Source of the DNA: Paraphysomonas bandaiensis
Lineage: Eukaryota; Protista; Chrysophyceae
Assembly: GCA_965644295.1 (NCBI GenBank)
Contig: CBFFRP010000292.1
Location: forward strand, 96,647 to 160,646
Direction: 5' to 3'
Length of the DNA: 64,000 nucleotides
Below, one piece after another: positions 23,691 through 36,808 of this stretch. Each line of letters begins with the position of its first letter. Within the stretch, counting starts at the first letter, position 1. Both the position numbers and the translations under genes were made by a program. The notes beneath the pieces were generated by a model that searched no databases, was not told where the DNA came from, and worked only from the letters and a program-made list of their open reading frames with translations.

Positions 23691-23882
23691 TTATAAATTA
23701 ATGCTTCTACGCTCAGGTGTCATAATCAATTTTTCACGACTAAAGAGCATCTCAACAACAACATTAGATTGTGTTACAATATAAAGCCAGCAGCGGTAGT
23801 TGGACTCAAAAGGTACCAAGTCGAGCTTTCTTGGTGACCTTGGCGCTTTCCAGAACATGCTGTGCAAATTCAGTTCCTTCAC
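23691..23882 (-). pseudogene. hAT transposase C-terminal dimerisation-domain relic
   Basis: YRCWLYIVTQSNVVVEMLFSREKLIMTPERRS resembles the hAT (T)SN..ERLFS.AK..T..R.S motif. Confidence 0.6.
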
Positions 23883-24586
23883 TTTTTGTTGTGATTACTG
23901 TTGGATGAGAGAAAACTGACATTCTTAAACGTCTTTAGATCTTTGATCAGAAAACAAATATAAAGCCGAACAAAAGAATATGACTCGGTGATCTTGCGAA
24001 TCCACTCGGAAGAAGGCTCTGCAAATTACACTGCCATCAACGTTTGTTGGCCATCATGGGGATAAAACAATTGCTTCACCAAATTTCCAAAGTTGCGTGG
24101 ATGCAAGTAAATGTCTGTTTATTTAGCAATAGGCGTTCAAGAAATATATTATATATATGAACGGCTGCTTAATCATTAATAACGCTTGAATAAAGATGAA
24201 CTCATTTATCTATTCACAAACCTTGAAAAAATTGACAAAGCTATTATAGGGAGGCAAAAATTCCAATTCAACGGAATCGATATCACTTAGATATTATGGC
24301 TATTAGGTGCTCGGGGCGATCGTGAGGGAGATATAGTATAACTATGTAGTCAAATACACCGATCTATGCGTAGAAGGTAGAAGCCAAGATAAACACTTCA
24401 AAATAAGCACGAACTCCCTTTACGTACTGTCAAGTAGTGTATGTTAAGGATATAGCATCAATAAAAAAGTTAGCAATTTCCAATGAAGTGCTGTCTGAAT
24501 TCCTCATGCCAGCTAACTAGGATAAACACTACTCATGTAAAATTGCAATCAAGACGAAACAACTTTACAATTTTATTAAAATCTGC

Positions 24587-25384
24587 CTATAGATAAGTTT
24601 CACGACTATCCTCGCTATCAGCGAGGAGCCTATTGTCCAAGAGAAAGTCAATGTCGTCTCCATCTTTGTCAACACATGCAACAGGCGTCATAATATTTAC
24701 AATGACATCAAGAGGCTTAATAATCTGCGGTATAAGGAGACAAATAAACCCAGGGCCAAGAGAATATGAAACTGTGTTTCCTGCTGTGGTAGAGTCAGGT
24801 AGGTGTCGGAAACATCCATCCAGAAAGAGGGAAAGTGACGAAAGGGTGGTGAGTGTACTAACTATGCCAGTAAGAATGGCCATGAACTTCTGACAGTTCA
24901 TATCACCTTCACGAGTCGACCTCTTTAAATCTGTCATTATGGTTGGGATTGAAGTAATCAAGTTTACAATTACAACCTTGAAGGTCGAATCGCATGCATC
25001 TTTACACTTGTCACAGAATCCCCTATTCCCACTGTCCACATTACTACATTCAGAGGAATCCCATTCATAGGACACAACCGAGTCGCCATCATCCACGACA
25101 ACAGCCTTTAAACCAACGAAAAACATCGTATTTTCAGAGTGTATTTTCCCTTGTGTCCAGAATGAGTTCATCACAACAGACCTCTTCGTAGAGGTCGATA
25201 CCACCGGCACCACTGAGAGAGCTGTCGACACAACCGCTAAGAGCGCCATGAACAGCATGATCGGCCGTCTGTGTCTATCGAAGAAATCAAATCCAGTGGT
25301 CCCAACTTTACCGCAACAAGAACTCTCCTCGCAGAGTCTCCTGACACCAGGACACACACAACACACTGGGTCAGGGACGTACAT
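24587..25384 (-). CDS. Cys-rich multipass membrane protein (possibly claudin/amastin-like topology)
   Basis: Intronless 265-aa ORF with ~4 hydrophobic segments and an extracellular-type loop containing W..VGL..C..C..C..C. Family assignment is tentative. Confidence 0.6.
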   Translation of the reverse strand: MYVPDPVCCVCPGVRRLCEESSCCGKVGTTGFDFFDRHRRPIMLFMALLAVVSTALSVVPVVSTSTKRSVVMNSFWTQGKIHSENTMFFVGLKAVVVDDGDSVVSYEWDSSECSNVDSGNRGFCDKCKDACDSTFKVVIVNLITSIPTIMTDLKRSTREGDMNCQKFMAILTGIVSTLTTLSSLSLFLDGCFRHLPDSTTAGNTVSYSLGPGFICLLIPQIIKPLDVIVNIMTPVACVDKDGDDIDFLLDNRLLADSEDSRETYL

Positions 25385-25496
25385 TAGAAACAGATGACAA
25401 TGATCAGATAACAGCTGTCCTCATGAGTGTTTCACGAGGAGATGATAACTATGCCATGCATGTCAGAAATAACTAATCCAACCACCACCAAGATAC

Positions 25497-25497
<1 letters not shown>

Positions 25498-25527
<30 letters not shown>

Positions 25528-26255
25528 TGTATGTATGTATGTATGTATGTATGTATGTATGTATGTATGTATGTATGTATGTATGTATGTATGTATGTAT
25601 GTATGTATGTATGTATGTATGTATGTATGTATGTATGTATGTATGTATGTATGTATGTATGTATGTATGTATGTATGTATGTATGTATGTATGTATGTAT
25701 GTATGTCTGTATGTCTGTATGTATGTATGTATGTATGTATGTATGTATGTATGTATGTATGTATGTATGTATGTATGTATGTATGTATGTATGTATGTAT
25801 GTATGTATGTATGTATGTATGTATGTATGTATGTATGTATGTATGTATGTATGTATGTATGTATGTATGTATGTATGTATGTATGTATGTATGTATGTAT
25901 GTATGTATGTATGTATGTATGTATGTATGTATGTATGTATGTATGTATGTATGTATGTATGTATGTATGTATGTATGTATGTATGTATGTATGTATGTAT
26001 GTATGTATGTATGTATGTATGTATGTATGTATGTATGTATGTATGTATGTATGTATGATGTATGTATGTATGTATGTATGTATGTATGTATGTATGTATG
26101 TATGTATGTATGTATGTATGTATGTATGTATGTATGTATGTATGTATGTATGTATGTATGTATGTATGTATGTATGTATGTATGTATGTATGTATGTATG
26201 TATGTATGTATGTATGTATGTATGTATGTATGTATGTATGTATGTATGTATGTAT
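25498..26255. repeat. (TATG)n microsatellite, ~760 bp
   Basis: Near-perfect tetranucleotide array between two divergent gene starts (25384 - and 26459 +). Confidence 0.99.
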
Positions 26256-26458
26256 AGTCGTTGACTGCAGTGTATGTCTAGATGTCTTGGTGTTGTGTAT
26301 GTATCTGTTGAGTGTATGTATGGTTATACAGTCCTACATGTATTGCATGTATGTATTGCATCTCAGTGTGCTCATAACTTATCAATGACATGTCTAATAT
26401 AGTTCCTCTTTGACGTCATTAAATGTCAGTGCTATAAACACTCCCCACTATTCTCATA

Positions 26459-29400
26459 ATGAACAGGCGGAGGAATTCCTTCTCTCGGGAGTCATCTTTA
26501 CCGAAGAATTGGCCGAACTCAACATCGACAGACATTGCAGCCAATCCCAACAGAGTGGTGGTGCTGGGGGGCGAGCAGCGCTATTCTTTTAAGAGTAACT
26601 TTGTTAAAACTTCAAAATATGAAGTGTGGAATTTCTTGCCGAAGTTTTTGATGGAAGAATTCAACCCAAAAACGAAAGTTGCCAATTGTTATTTTTTGTT
26701 AGTTTCTGCGCTGCAGTGCATTCCGTCGATATCGAACACATTCGGCTATCCAACCACATTACTTCCTCTCATTGTTGTTGTTGTTGTGGATGCAATATTT
26801 GCAATTATCGAGGATTACGGACGGCACAAAGCTGATACTGAGGCCAATGGGTCGATGGCTCAGGTATATAGCCCCACGGAGTCAGATTTTGTGGAGATGA
26901 AATGGGCTGACATATGTGTTGGAGATTTTGTATATATTAAATCACGGGAAAAGATTCCGGCAGATGTTGTTATCCTCAGTGTGGCAGAAAAGACTAAAAT
27001 TCCAGCGGGTATTTGTTATGTCGAAACGAAATCCCTTGATGGCGAGACGAATCTGAAGATCCGGAATGCAATGTCCAACACCCTAGCTGTGGTAAGTATA
27101 GCTTAGTATGTACTTATGCATATATGAGTAACGCACGTATCTGTAATATTATTTTAGGTGAATAGTACGACTGCTCTAAGCAATGTGGCCGGTGAGATTA
27201 CAATGGAACATCCAAATAAACTGATCGATACCTTCAACGGAGTGTTGAGTGTAGATGGGATGGGTCGGGAGGCCATCATGGCCAATCATGTGCTTCTTCG
27301 TGGATGTGTACTTCGAAACACTGATTGGGTTATTGGCGTTGTGGTCAACAGTGGCCACGATACGAAAATCATGATGAGCGCCACAGCGACCCCATCCAAG
27401 ACCTCGTTCCTTGAGCACACTGCTTCAAGCGAGATCCAAAGGATCATCGTTCTGCTTGCGTTTGTGTGTTTGGTAGGCTCCACAGGGGCGACTATATGGA
27501 ATGATACGCAAAATGTTGAAAACATGTGGTATTTGGATTGGGACCCAAGTCCTGGGTCTTATTGGGTAATCCAGTTCTTTTACTTCTTTCTCTTGCATGC
27601 AACTTTCATTCCCGTCTCTCTGTATGTGTCAATGACACTGATCCGTTTTTTCCAGTCATATTTCATGAACAATGACCTAGAGATGTACTACGAGCGAACA
27701 GACACTCCTTCTGTTGTCCGCACGATGACACTCAATGAAGAGCTTGGTCAAATCTCGCATGTCTTTTCCGATAAGACTGGCACCCTTACTTGTAATGTGA
27801 TGGATTTCAGGAAAGCCTCCATTAATGGCGTATCGTATGGACTGGGGATTACCGAAATTGGTAAGGCGTCTTGGAAACTGCAGGGGAAAAGTATTCCAGA
27901 TGATATTTTGTGCGGAGAAGAGAATGCCAAAAAGGCTTCAGTACCGCATGTGTCGTTTTATGACCCTAAATATGATGCGGATGTGGCGAGAGGCGGGACC
28001 CAAAAGGAATCAATTCAGCAATTCTTTCGCATTCTATCTCTCTGTCATGACACTATTCCTGAACGTATCGACGACAAGATCAAACTCTCCGCTTCCAACC
28101 CTGACGATGAGGCACTGCTCTGTGCCGCGTCGTATTTTGGTTTCGAATTTCGCGACCGGCGCTCCAAAACTGCATTAGTTTTTAACAAAGAGGAAAATGT
28201 GATGGAGGAGATAGAAGTTCTGGAAACGATTGCTTTCACATCAAAACGCAAACGTATGTCGGTAATTGTAAAGTATAGGGATGGGTCAATACAGCTACTC
28301 TGTAAGGGAGCTGATAGCACAATGGTTCCCCGTCTCCATGAAGGGCAGGATGACTTGCTGGCAGAGACTGACGACCACATGCGACTGTATTCGGTGGAGG
28401 GTCTGAGGTGTCTACTTGTAGGATACAAGAATCTAAGTCCTGAAGAGTTTTCCAAATTCAGCGCGCACTACAATGAAGTAGCGACCAATATGGAGGAATT
28501 AGAAAAGCGGAAGGAAGGAATGCCTAACCTGATAGAAGAAGCGGAGGACGAAATGGAGCAAGGGCTCACCCTCGTTGGTTGCACCGCGATCGAAGATAAG
28601 TTACAGGACGGAGTACCCGAGGCTATTGCGCAGATTGCCAAGGCAGGGATAAACATTTGGGTCCTCACTGGCGACAAGGAAGAGACCGCTATCAATATCG
28701 CCGTCGCCTGCAACCTTGTACTTCCTCAGCAATATATGAGGCACGTTATCGTCAATAAAAAGACATGTCCCACTCCTGAGAAAATAAGGGAACTACTGGA
28801 GGCCGAAACCAAGGTACGCGATTTTGTGTGATTGCAAACGGTGTATATTATACTTCATGTCACAGCACTGTGAAGAAGACATAAGGGCACATGAGCAGGG
28901 CCAACCGCTTCTCCCTCGTGCTTTAATAATTGATGGGCCGTCACTCATTGGTGTCATGATGGATGAAGCCGCCAAGAGAACATTACTAGAATTCAGTAAG
29001 ATATGCAAGGCTGTTGTGGGATGCAGGTTTTGTTACTACTCTGCTTTGTAATATTAGTGACTTGTTCGCCAGAGTTTCGCCAGATCAGAAGAGAGAAATG
29101 GTAAACATGATAAAGACTGGTGTTGAGGGGGTACGCACCCTTTCCATTGGTGATGGAGCGAACGATGTTGCAATGATTCAGGAGGCTCATATTGGAGTGG
29201 GAATAAGAGGCGAGGAGGGTATTCAGGCTACAAATGCCTCCGACTACGCAATTGCTCAGTTCCGTTATCTTGCTGTACTGCTCCTGAAGCATGGAAGATA
29301 CAACTACATTCGAATGTGTGCTCTAGTGTGCTATATGTTCTACAAAAATATTTTTATGAGTATTTGTCAGTTTTGGTTTGCATGGCTGAACGGGTTTTCA

Positions 29401-30703
29401 GGTGAGTCGGTGTTCTTCGCAGTATGTATTCATCGGATAACACGAGTTATCCATTCGCAGGGCAAAAGATCTATACTGAAGCTGGCATTCAGATGTACAA
29501 CCTCCTTTTCACGTCGATTCCTATCCTTCTCAGTGGAATATACGACATGGATATCCCTCCCAATGCAGTGTATACGCACCCTGAGCTATATGCTTCTGGC
29601 ATAAGCAACGAATACTTTACAGTGAGTCGACCCCTTTTACTGTTCTTTGACTGAAGTGGTTAATTTCTTATTCAGCCTTGGGTGTTCTGGGGCTGGATCT
29701 TGCATGCGGTTGGGGAATCACTGATTTGCACTTTTTTCCCCCCTCTGTTCCTTCACAATTCCAGTCCCAGGTCTGGTACGTACGAGACTTTCTGGGAGAG
29801 TGGAGCAATGACTTTTACTGTGGTTGTCATTATTGTCAATCTGAAGGTTATTTGGCGCTGTTATTACCATTTGTACCGTTTCACAACTTGTTGATAATAT
29901 GCAGATGGTGCTGATTCAATCGAAGTGGATGCTTGTTAACGTTATATTTGTTGTTGCCTCCGTAGCCTCATGGTTTGGCATTGCTTACCTTGTTACGAAT
30001 GTGGAACTCGTGGACTATGAGTGGTATCAGGTAACTTCCATCGTTTTCTCACTCTCACTATGTGTGGTAATAGCTGCTGGCTTCTCAGATATGGAGTAGG
30101 CTGATGTACAACGGGAGTTTTTGGCTAGGATCTCTCATAATAGTATTTGTGATCCTTGGGAAGGATCTTTATGTTCTAGGGATACAGAGAAGCTTCCTCC
30201 CGAAATCACCCCAAATAATTCAGGAGGTGAATACTAGTATATCGCGCCCTCATGGTGCTCATACTTGCCATACGCAGATATATATTTTGAATCCTAGTTT
30301 AATTTCTACTGATGGTGGGCATGCAAGCTGTCGTGAACTTCCTCGCTCAACACGAAGTGCGACCAGTACAGAGACATTGTCTCAGAATTGGTGAGTTGAA
30401 GCGAATTGGCTACGCACTTGGTTACCTGAACTTACATTATATTCGGCAGGCTGCAGCGAATATTCAGTCGTCGCCCGGCTACTGCTTTATCCGCCGCTAC
30501 GGCCGACGAAGACCACGTCTTATCGCTCGAGGTGCTTTTGCCCTTTCTGTTCCTTATGTGGTTGTGTCTCTTAAATGCGTGTGTCTTAGGGTTGTTATGC
30601 TGATGCGAAACCCCATATATCCAGAGAATCCACAGCTGAGGAGCGATTATCTATGCGAGAATCTGAACTTGTTGCAAGAAGTCCATTGAAGAGGACCAGC
30701 TAA
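26459..30703 (+). CDS. P4-type ATPase (phospholipid flippase), multi-exon
   Basis: NFVKTSKY, CYVETKSLDGETNLK, LLRGCVLRNT, FIPVSLYV, LNEELGQISHVFSDKTGTLT, SNPDDEAL, FTSKRKRMSV, TAIEDKLQDGV, WVLTGDKEETAINI, SIGDGANDVAMIQEAHIGVGI. Confidence 0.96.
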
Positions 30704-31138
30704 ATTGTGCGGTTTATGTATGAATTTTGTGTTGTTCAATATTTACAGAGTAAATTTAGTCCATTATGCAATGTGATGTGACTTGTCTGATTGTGCTAAT
30801 GGTTGTAATTAGCTACAGAGCTGCTTAGTTGTAAGAAATAGTGACATCATATACACAAAGTATAGTCTGATACAATGCCGTCGTTTGCCAATTGGAATGT
30901 TGTCATCCCCGTGTATAATACTGGCTCTCATGAAAGTGAAAAAATGGCGTGCTAGTACAGCATCTGCATATTACAATATACAGGAGACTTGTCGTAGTGA
31001 ATGTCTTACTATTAGTAATCGGCGTGTAAAAGTCAGAACTAATGTAGTTTGGAGACTGTAGAATACTGTACATTGAGGACAGCTAGCTACATTATAGAGA
31101 GTTGAGTATACGTTATACGTGCAATCCAATTTATGTAG

Positions 31139-31578
31139 TGAATGTGTGATTATTAACAACAGGCGTGTAAGAGTCAGAACTAGTGTAGCAAAACAATTTA
31201 ACTATCTAGTGCTTAACTCTGATATCCTATTATTTTGCGCAAGCTGCTTGTGCGTCAACGTAAGCACTAAGATGCAACCACTTTTGCTCTCTGTCCTTAA
31301 GGTGAACAGCCCGGACTCTTTTGACTGCAGCCCAATACCCCGGTTACCCTTGAGGTGGGCCCATTCCCGAATGCCTCTTTATTCGTCGAAAGGCCTAAAG
31401 ATGTCTACACAAGTGACACCTATACTATAGTGTCCCTCTTGTACTATACACAAACTTTTGTCTATGAGTGGGAAGAGCAATATCTGCTGACTATATAAGC
31501 AACTCACGTTAGTTCCCAGGAGAAATATCACTGGTACTTATCCCCCAAAACACCACGGAAAAGTGCGAGTCCGACTTT
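31139..31578 (-). mobile_element. SINE-like dispersed repeat, copy C (with an end stub at 30998-31050)
   Basis: Colinear with copy B from tgaatgtgtgattatt to gtgcgagtccgacttt. No TSD recognised. Confidence 0.8.
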
Positions 31579-31877
31579 AAGTAATATATAGTATATATAT
31601 AATATAAACTTTCGAGCTGCAGTGTAAGTGTAGTCTGTGACACAGAGAACAAGTTGCAGAGTAACGCACTGTTACACGGATAACCTCTGATAAAGCAGCT
31701 AAGAATACTATCCCTTATTATAAAGTGATATAGCCTTGTGATATAGCCTTAACATAAGGAAAGAATGAAAAATGTATGACTACACACATGATTCTTACAT
31801 GGATGAACTATGTATGTTGACTGTAACCAGTGAAACCAAAAAGTCATGTATTTAGTTGTGCAACTGACGAGAGATAT

Positions 31878-32237
31878 CAAGGTTCAGCCACTTTTGCTCT
31901 ATCACTCAAATAAGCAAATGCAGTGAGCAAGCAGACTGTTGATATACCTGACATCTGCTAACTTCAGGATTTTTGAGTCCTTAAGGTGAACAGCCCGGAT
32001 GCTTGACTTCAGTAGGTAGCCCATCACCCAGGATGCCCTTCAGTTGAGGTGGGCCCATTCTCGGATGCCTCTTTATTCGTCAAAAGGCCTAAAGACGTTT
32101 TGGCTATGAGTGGGCAGAGCAATATCTACTGACTATATAATATATGCGGCTCACTCTAGTTTCCCGGAGAAATGTCGCCGGTACTTAACTCCCATAACAC
32201 CACGAAAAAGAAGTGCGAGTCCGGCTTTGTTGAGCGT
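31878..32237 (-). mobile_element. SINE-like dispersed repeat, copy D (partial)
   Basis: ctctatcactcaaa...aaggtgaacagcccggatgc...gtgcgagtccggctttgttgagcg. Confidence 0.8.
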
Positions 32238-32828
32238 ATTGATATAAAACTTTATAACATATATTTATCATGATGAGCATATATATGAAACAGCACATGC
32301 TCACCTTTTGTAACTTTCGTACTTTTTAATTATCACAGCCTTTTCTTTGAAATATATATCTGAGATACAAGTCTAAGGTTTACGAATAAGTCAGATGTTA
32401 ACTTTTGTAATATTTCCTATTCTTTAGTTTTTAGAAACTGAAGTACTCGTAATCGTAAATAATACATTCTCCTTGCGAGAATAAACAGAACAAGTTGCAG
32501 TAATTTGGAATCACAATGAAATCATGGACTGAATATGGAGCGTATGTAGTTCAATGGTTGAATTGCCAACTTAGGCATCCTTAATTCTTTGTCAACGTCA
32601 TATTCTCCCTGAAAATTCATTACATGATTTATAAAGAGTAGTTATCAATTTGTGATATCGATGTTTAACTGTTAGATGTGAGCTACGGCAAATGACCATC
32701 AGCTCCTTATAATCACTTTATACTACAGTGCATTTACATAAAGATATGTGCATAATGCTCAAAAAGGGACTACTATTGCTAATCTGCAACTTAAATAACG
32801 ACAAATCTTAATAATATCTACATTTAAA

Positions 32829-34218
32829 CTATGGAATTGGGTCGTAAATGGTTTGGCTTGCTGAATATGTATATGCAAAGCGATACATCAATCCAGCCAA
32901 AGATGCCAAGGCCGCCACTATGATGCCCATCCTTTGACCAGATATTCTATCCTCGATGAAGTAAGACACTCCCGTCCACACGGATACAGAAAACGCATAA
33001 TAAGAAAATGCAGAGGAGGGATCTACTGCAAAGAACTCCGATAGAATGAGACGACAGGTGTTCTCCATGACCCCTCTGGCAAGGCCCCAGAGGCACTGGT
33101 ACAACACTGCAGACATTGGCAGTCCCAGAAGTTCCTCTCTGTCAATCGTTGTGCAGAGAACTATCAGTCCCCCACACGTGCACATCACAAGGCATCCCCA
33201 TAGCATTACAAAATGCTTCCCATTATTGAAATTTGTGCAAATGCGCATGTACACAGGTGCAGCAAGCACCCCCACAAACCGGGATAGAGCACTCAAAAAT
33301 CCTACATATGCCTCTCCCAAGTGAGGAGAAGTGGTGATGATGTGGCCATTTATGTAGGTGCCAACAGTAGAGTTACAGGACCCATATGCAAGGAAGAAGC
33401 CTGTCAAAAGAAAGAGTCGCCGATCTGTGCATAAAAGATGTGTGACACCTTCCACACCTGCCAAAACAGACCTACTACTCGTGTTAATCACAGCCTCAGA
33501 CGGTGAGTAATTCATGCTTGTGAAAGTGCTGAGAATAAACCAGCAACCACAGCTTACTGCAAGGACACCAGTAAAAAAGTGAACATCCCCCGCCAATCTA
33601 ATAATTAAAGTCGCCAGAACGAGAGCGGCTGTATCCATCCCCATGTATATCGCAGAGTGTATACCAGCAAGTTCAGATCGAACCCTAATTTCGTCAAGAC
33701 TCCGTGTTTTATGTTTAATGTTTTGCACTGTCTTAGAGTAGTATACACCCTGACACACCAGCCACAGTGACTCCGCGGCCCCTCCCACCACAGAACCAGG
33801 TATGTTGAGAGTCCACTTCATACTGGGGATCAGAATAGCTCCAAGAAAACAAGCAATAAATATGGAATATCCCAGTCCCGCCATTAAAAACACAGATTTA
33901 CAGCCCAAGTAGTCAACTGTCGGTTTCGCAAGCATCAGTGATACGACTCCTGTCGACATATACGCTACACACACATGAGCATCAGCATGAGCATACAGTA
34001 ACTATCAGCATGATAAGGTGTCACTCACCTGCACCAAGACCAATGCCTCCGCATGATCCAAGAACAGATGTGTTGTAGAGACAGACGACGTTGGAGCATG
34101 CTCGACACACAGATATAACCAGAGACACTCTTATGAAACACACACGATCGTTACCATATATAGTCGCATCAGAGCGCTCTGTCTTGTAGCTACTACTGTC
34201 TATCTCTTGCAGATCCAT
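32829..34218 (-). CDS. UNC-93-like MFS membrane protein (2 exons)
   Basis: Exon 1 MDLQEID...GGIGLG, intron ~33965-34028. Exon 2 has LMLAKPTVDYLGCK, GYSIFIACFL, GSVVGGAAESLWLVCQGVYY and multiple TM segments. Confidence 0.75.
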
Positions 34219-34596
34219 CGATTCGAGTACCTCCTCCACTATGCAGAGTAAGCATAAGATGCATGAGCAAACTGCTGCTGTATGCTTTGTACCTATATCG
34301 GTATGGTATACTGTACCATATACCGGTAGGTGTATACGGGCGTCATCACCTATACCGGTATACTGCTGTACTCTGCTGGACGTTAACGGGCTGTCATCTA
34401 TCCGGAATGGGATTGTCAACCTAAAAGATACGCACAGGGCCCAGGGATGCTTGAACCTCAATAGGCAGGCAGCAGATGAGTATACAGCAGCAGGTAAGAG
34501 CCTGGCAGAGATTATAGTTTAGTGATTAGGTCGTTGTTCAACATCATTGAATTATATTCCTCATTCTGTAGTTTTGCACTGAAGCTCAATGTCCAA

Positions 34597-35034
34597 ATGC
34601 AACCAACGAGGCATATGAGGCGATGTAAAATTTCTCCGCCGATGAGTGTAGAGCCTTCCTGTGAGAGGAGCGCTGCGTTCACTAAGAGCAAAGAGTTGTT
34701 CAATAATGAAATATCGAAAACTGTCAGTTTCAGTGATGATACTACAACACTGGTATTCGATGGGGATGAACCATCGAATGCGATTCCATTGTATAGTGAT
34801 GTAACTCCATTTGATGAAGACTATGGAGATTCCACCAACATTTGTGAAGAGCACTTGGTGAAAGTAATTCGTACGAGGTTACCAACAGAAATTCAATCCT
34901 ACTTCCGACTAGACTTAACCCTGCAGATTCCTGGTAGATACAAAAAAACGTTAGAAGACGAATTTAACGTGAGTATTGAAGACTTGGGACGACGTTGCGA
35001 GGATATATATGTGTATGAATTTTGGAAGCGCTAA
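34597..35034 (+). CDS. Hypothetical protein
   Basis: ~145-aa ORF divergent from the UNC-93-like gene with coding-like composition. No recognised domain. Confidence 0.4.
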   Translation: MQPTRHMRRCKISPPMSVEPSCERSAAFTKSKELFNNEISKTVSFSDDTTTLVFDGDEPSNAIPLYSDVTPFDEDYGDSTNICEEHLVKVIRTRLPTEIQSYFRLDLTLQIPGRYKKTLEDEFNVSIEDLGRRCEDIYVYEFWKR

Positions 35035-35470
35035 ATCTATAGCCATTGTTCACTGAATAATGGATACAATTTTTGCAATATGCTTCACTAGTATATTGAG
35101 AGTAGTATTGGTATTACAATGCGGGTTACCACTGGTTGTGGTACATTGCATGTGTCTTTTTATGGGGTTACGCTGAGAAGTTCAGCCACCGTTTTATGTA
35201 TTGTTTACATATGTTCTGATGCAGCAATTCATAATTTTGCGGTTATTCTCAGTAATAATAGATAAAACTATACTATTGACTAGTATATAGTATATAATAG
35301 TTGCATGTGTGCTTAAAGCAGTAGTAGAAGTGATAGCGAAGCATCTCGTTGTAGCGCCAACGTACATATCATTCTTTCTGAATCATAGGGAGACCTATCC
35401 AGTATACAGAAACAATTCCATGACATATCAATGTCGAGTAGTATTGTTTCAATTGTAACGTGGGCGCTGC

Positions 35471-36808
35471 CAGGCTGCGTAACAATTAATTGGTTTTGGA
35501 AGTTATATTTTCAATTATTATTATTGGTAAATGTTGCCAATTAATTGCAATTAATAGGCTGAATAAATATATATCATCTTACGATACTAGCTACTGAGCG
35601 ACCATAGGTACATACCCATTATCTGTAAGCATAAAAGTTTGGATGTATGTGCACAGTCACTTTATCATTTTATTAATAACAATTGTGTGTGACAGTCAGT
35701 ATAAGGGTAAGTATACACTTTAATCTATGTGCGCAAGATCGTTGGCAAAGAAGAAATTGTGCACCTCCACAACTGTCGTCTAGATACATAACATATAAGG
35801 TGATTGAAGATATTCAACTGCTTCGAAATATTCAAGTATAGTAGTGTAAATGGGAATGGACTTCAATTGCGTTGAGTTTATTTCGGGTGACAACGCTGAT
35901 TGTAACCCGAAAATGTCAGATTAATCAGAGAGTTATTGGTTACGCAAGTCACAAATTGAACCTGGCTGAGGGGTACGCCAACTTGGTGGATATTCTTGTC
36001 CAACTATGCACCAAACTACGCGAGTTGAAAAATGCAAGTAAGTTGCGCAAGAATAAACTACCACCTGCTAATCTAAAGAGCATTAAGTGGAATTTGCTAT
36101 ATTATATGGTCAAGAGTTATAGGGAACTATCCACTCATCTGTTTGGGTGTGACTTTGATGTTAATGTGTTACGATTAATCCCAAGCGAAGTAGATCATGT
36201 CAGGATAGGAGTGATTTTGTCTCATCTAGCTTGATCTAGATAATGTCCCGACTACAATTTGATGACTTAATTCGTTAGTAGCCTGGGATAATATTCTACC
36301 TGGGTGCAGACGCGGACATTGTTCAAAATGCAGATTTCGATAGAGCAGTAGTCAAAATTCAGCGTGGTAGGGAACAAGAACTGAACAGCGCTGAAAAAGC
36401 ACAGGTGCGACGCTTTTAAAGAAATAATGTACCTGCACACGAAGGTGAACTCAATGAAGAGAAATATGGGGAGGAGGAAGACGAGGTCATTCGTTTACTT
36501 CCAGATAACCGAAGCGCTAAACGCATGAAGCATTTGTATAGCACTCCCAATGTTTGTGAGAGGTTGTTTAACAGAGCTAAGATTGTTATGTCTAATTTTT
36601 GCTAGCAAATGACACCTCTAGACACCTAGAAATGTTGATGTTTCTGCGTAAAATCGGCACCTTTGGGATGAGATTATAGTTCAGAAAGTTGTTCTAATTT
36701 CTAGCAATAGAATTGGCAGCAATTATTGGATGCTTGATTATTAATTGCAATTATTATTGTTGGACATCTGTCACCAATTAACTGCCAATTTATTGTTACG
36801 CAAGCCTG
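35471..36808 (+). mobile_element. Internally deleted, degenerate hAT DNA transposon
   Basis: TIRs caggctgcgtaacaattaattgg / ccaatttattgttacgcaagcctg. 8-bp TSD ggcgctgc / ggcactgc. Transposase remnants IGYASHKLNLA, IVQNADFDRAVVKIQ and PNVCERLFNRAKIVMS with stops and frameshifts. Subterminal aattgcaatt motifs. Confidence 0.9.

Noticed and set aside
25427-26388. Long MYVC/YIHT-repeat ORFs (also at 48479-49369 and 53676-54863)
   Set aside because: Artefacts of stop-free (TATG)n/(CATA)n arrays.
32200-32232. gaaaaagaagtgcgagtccggcttt resembling a tracrRNA/sgRNA or omegaRNA 3' end
   Set aside because: Superficial similarity only; no Cas9, TnpB or Fanzor ORF in the window, and it is the end of a dispersed repeat.
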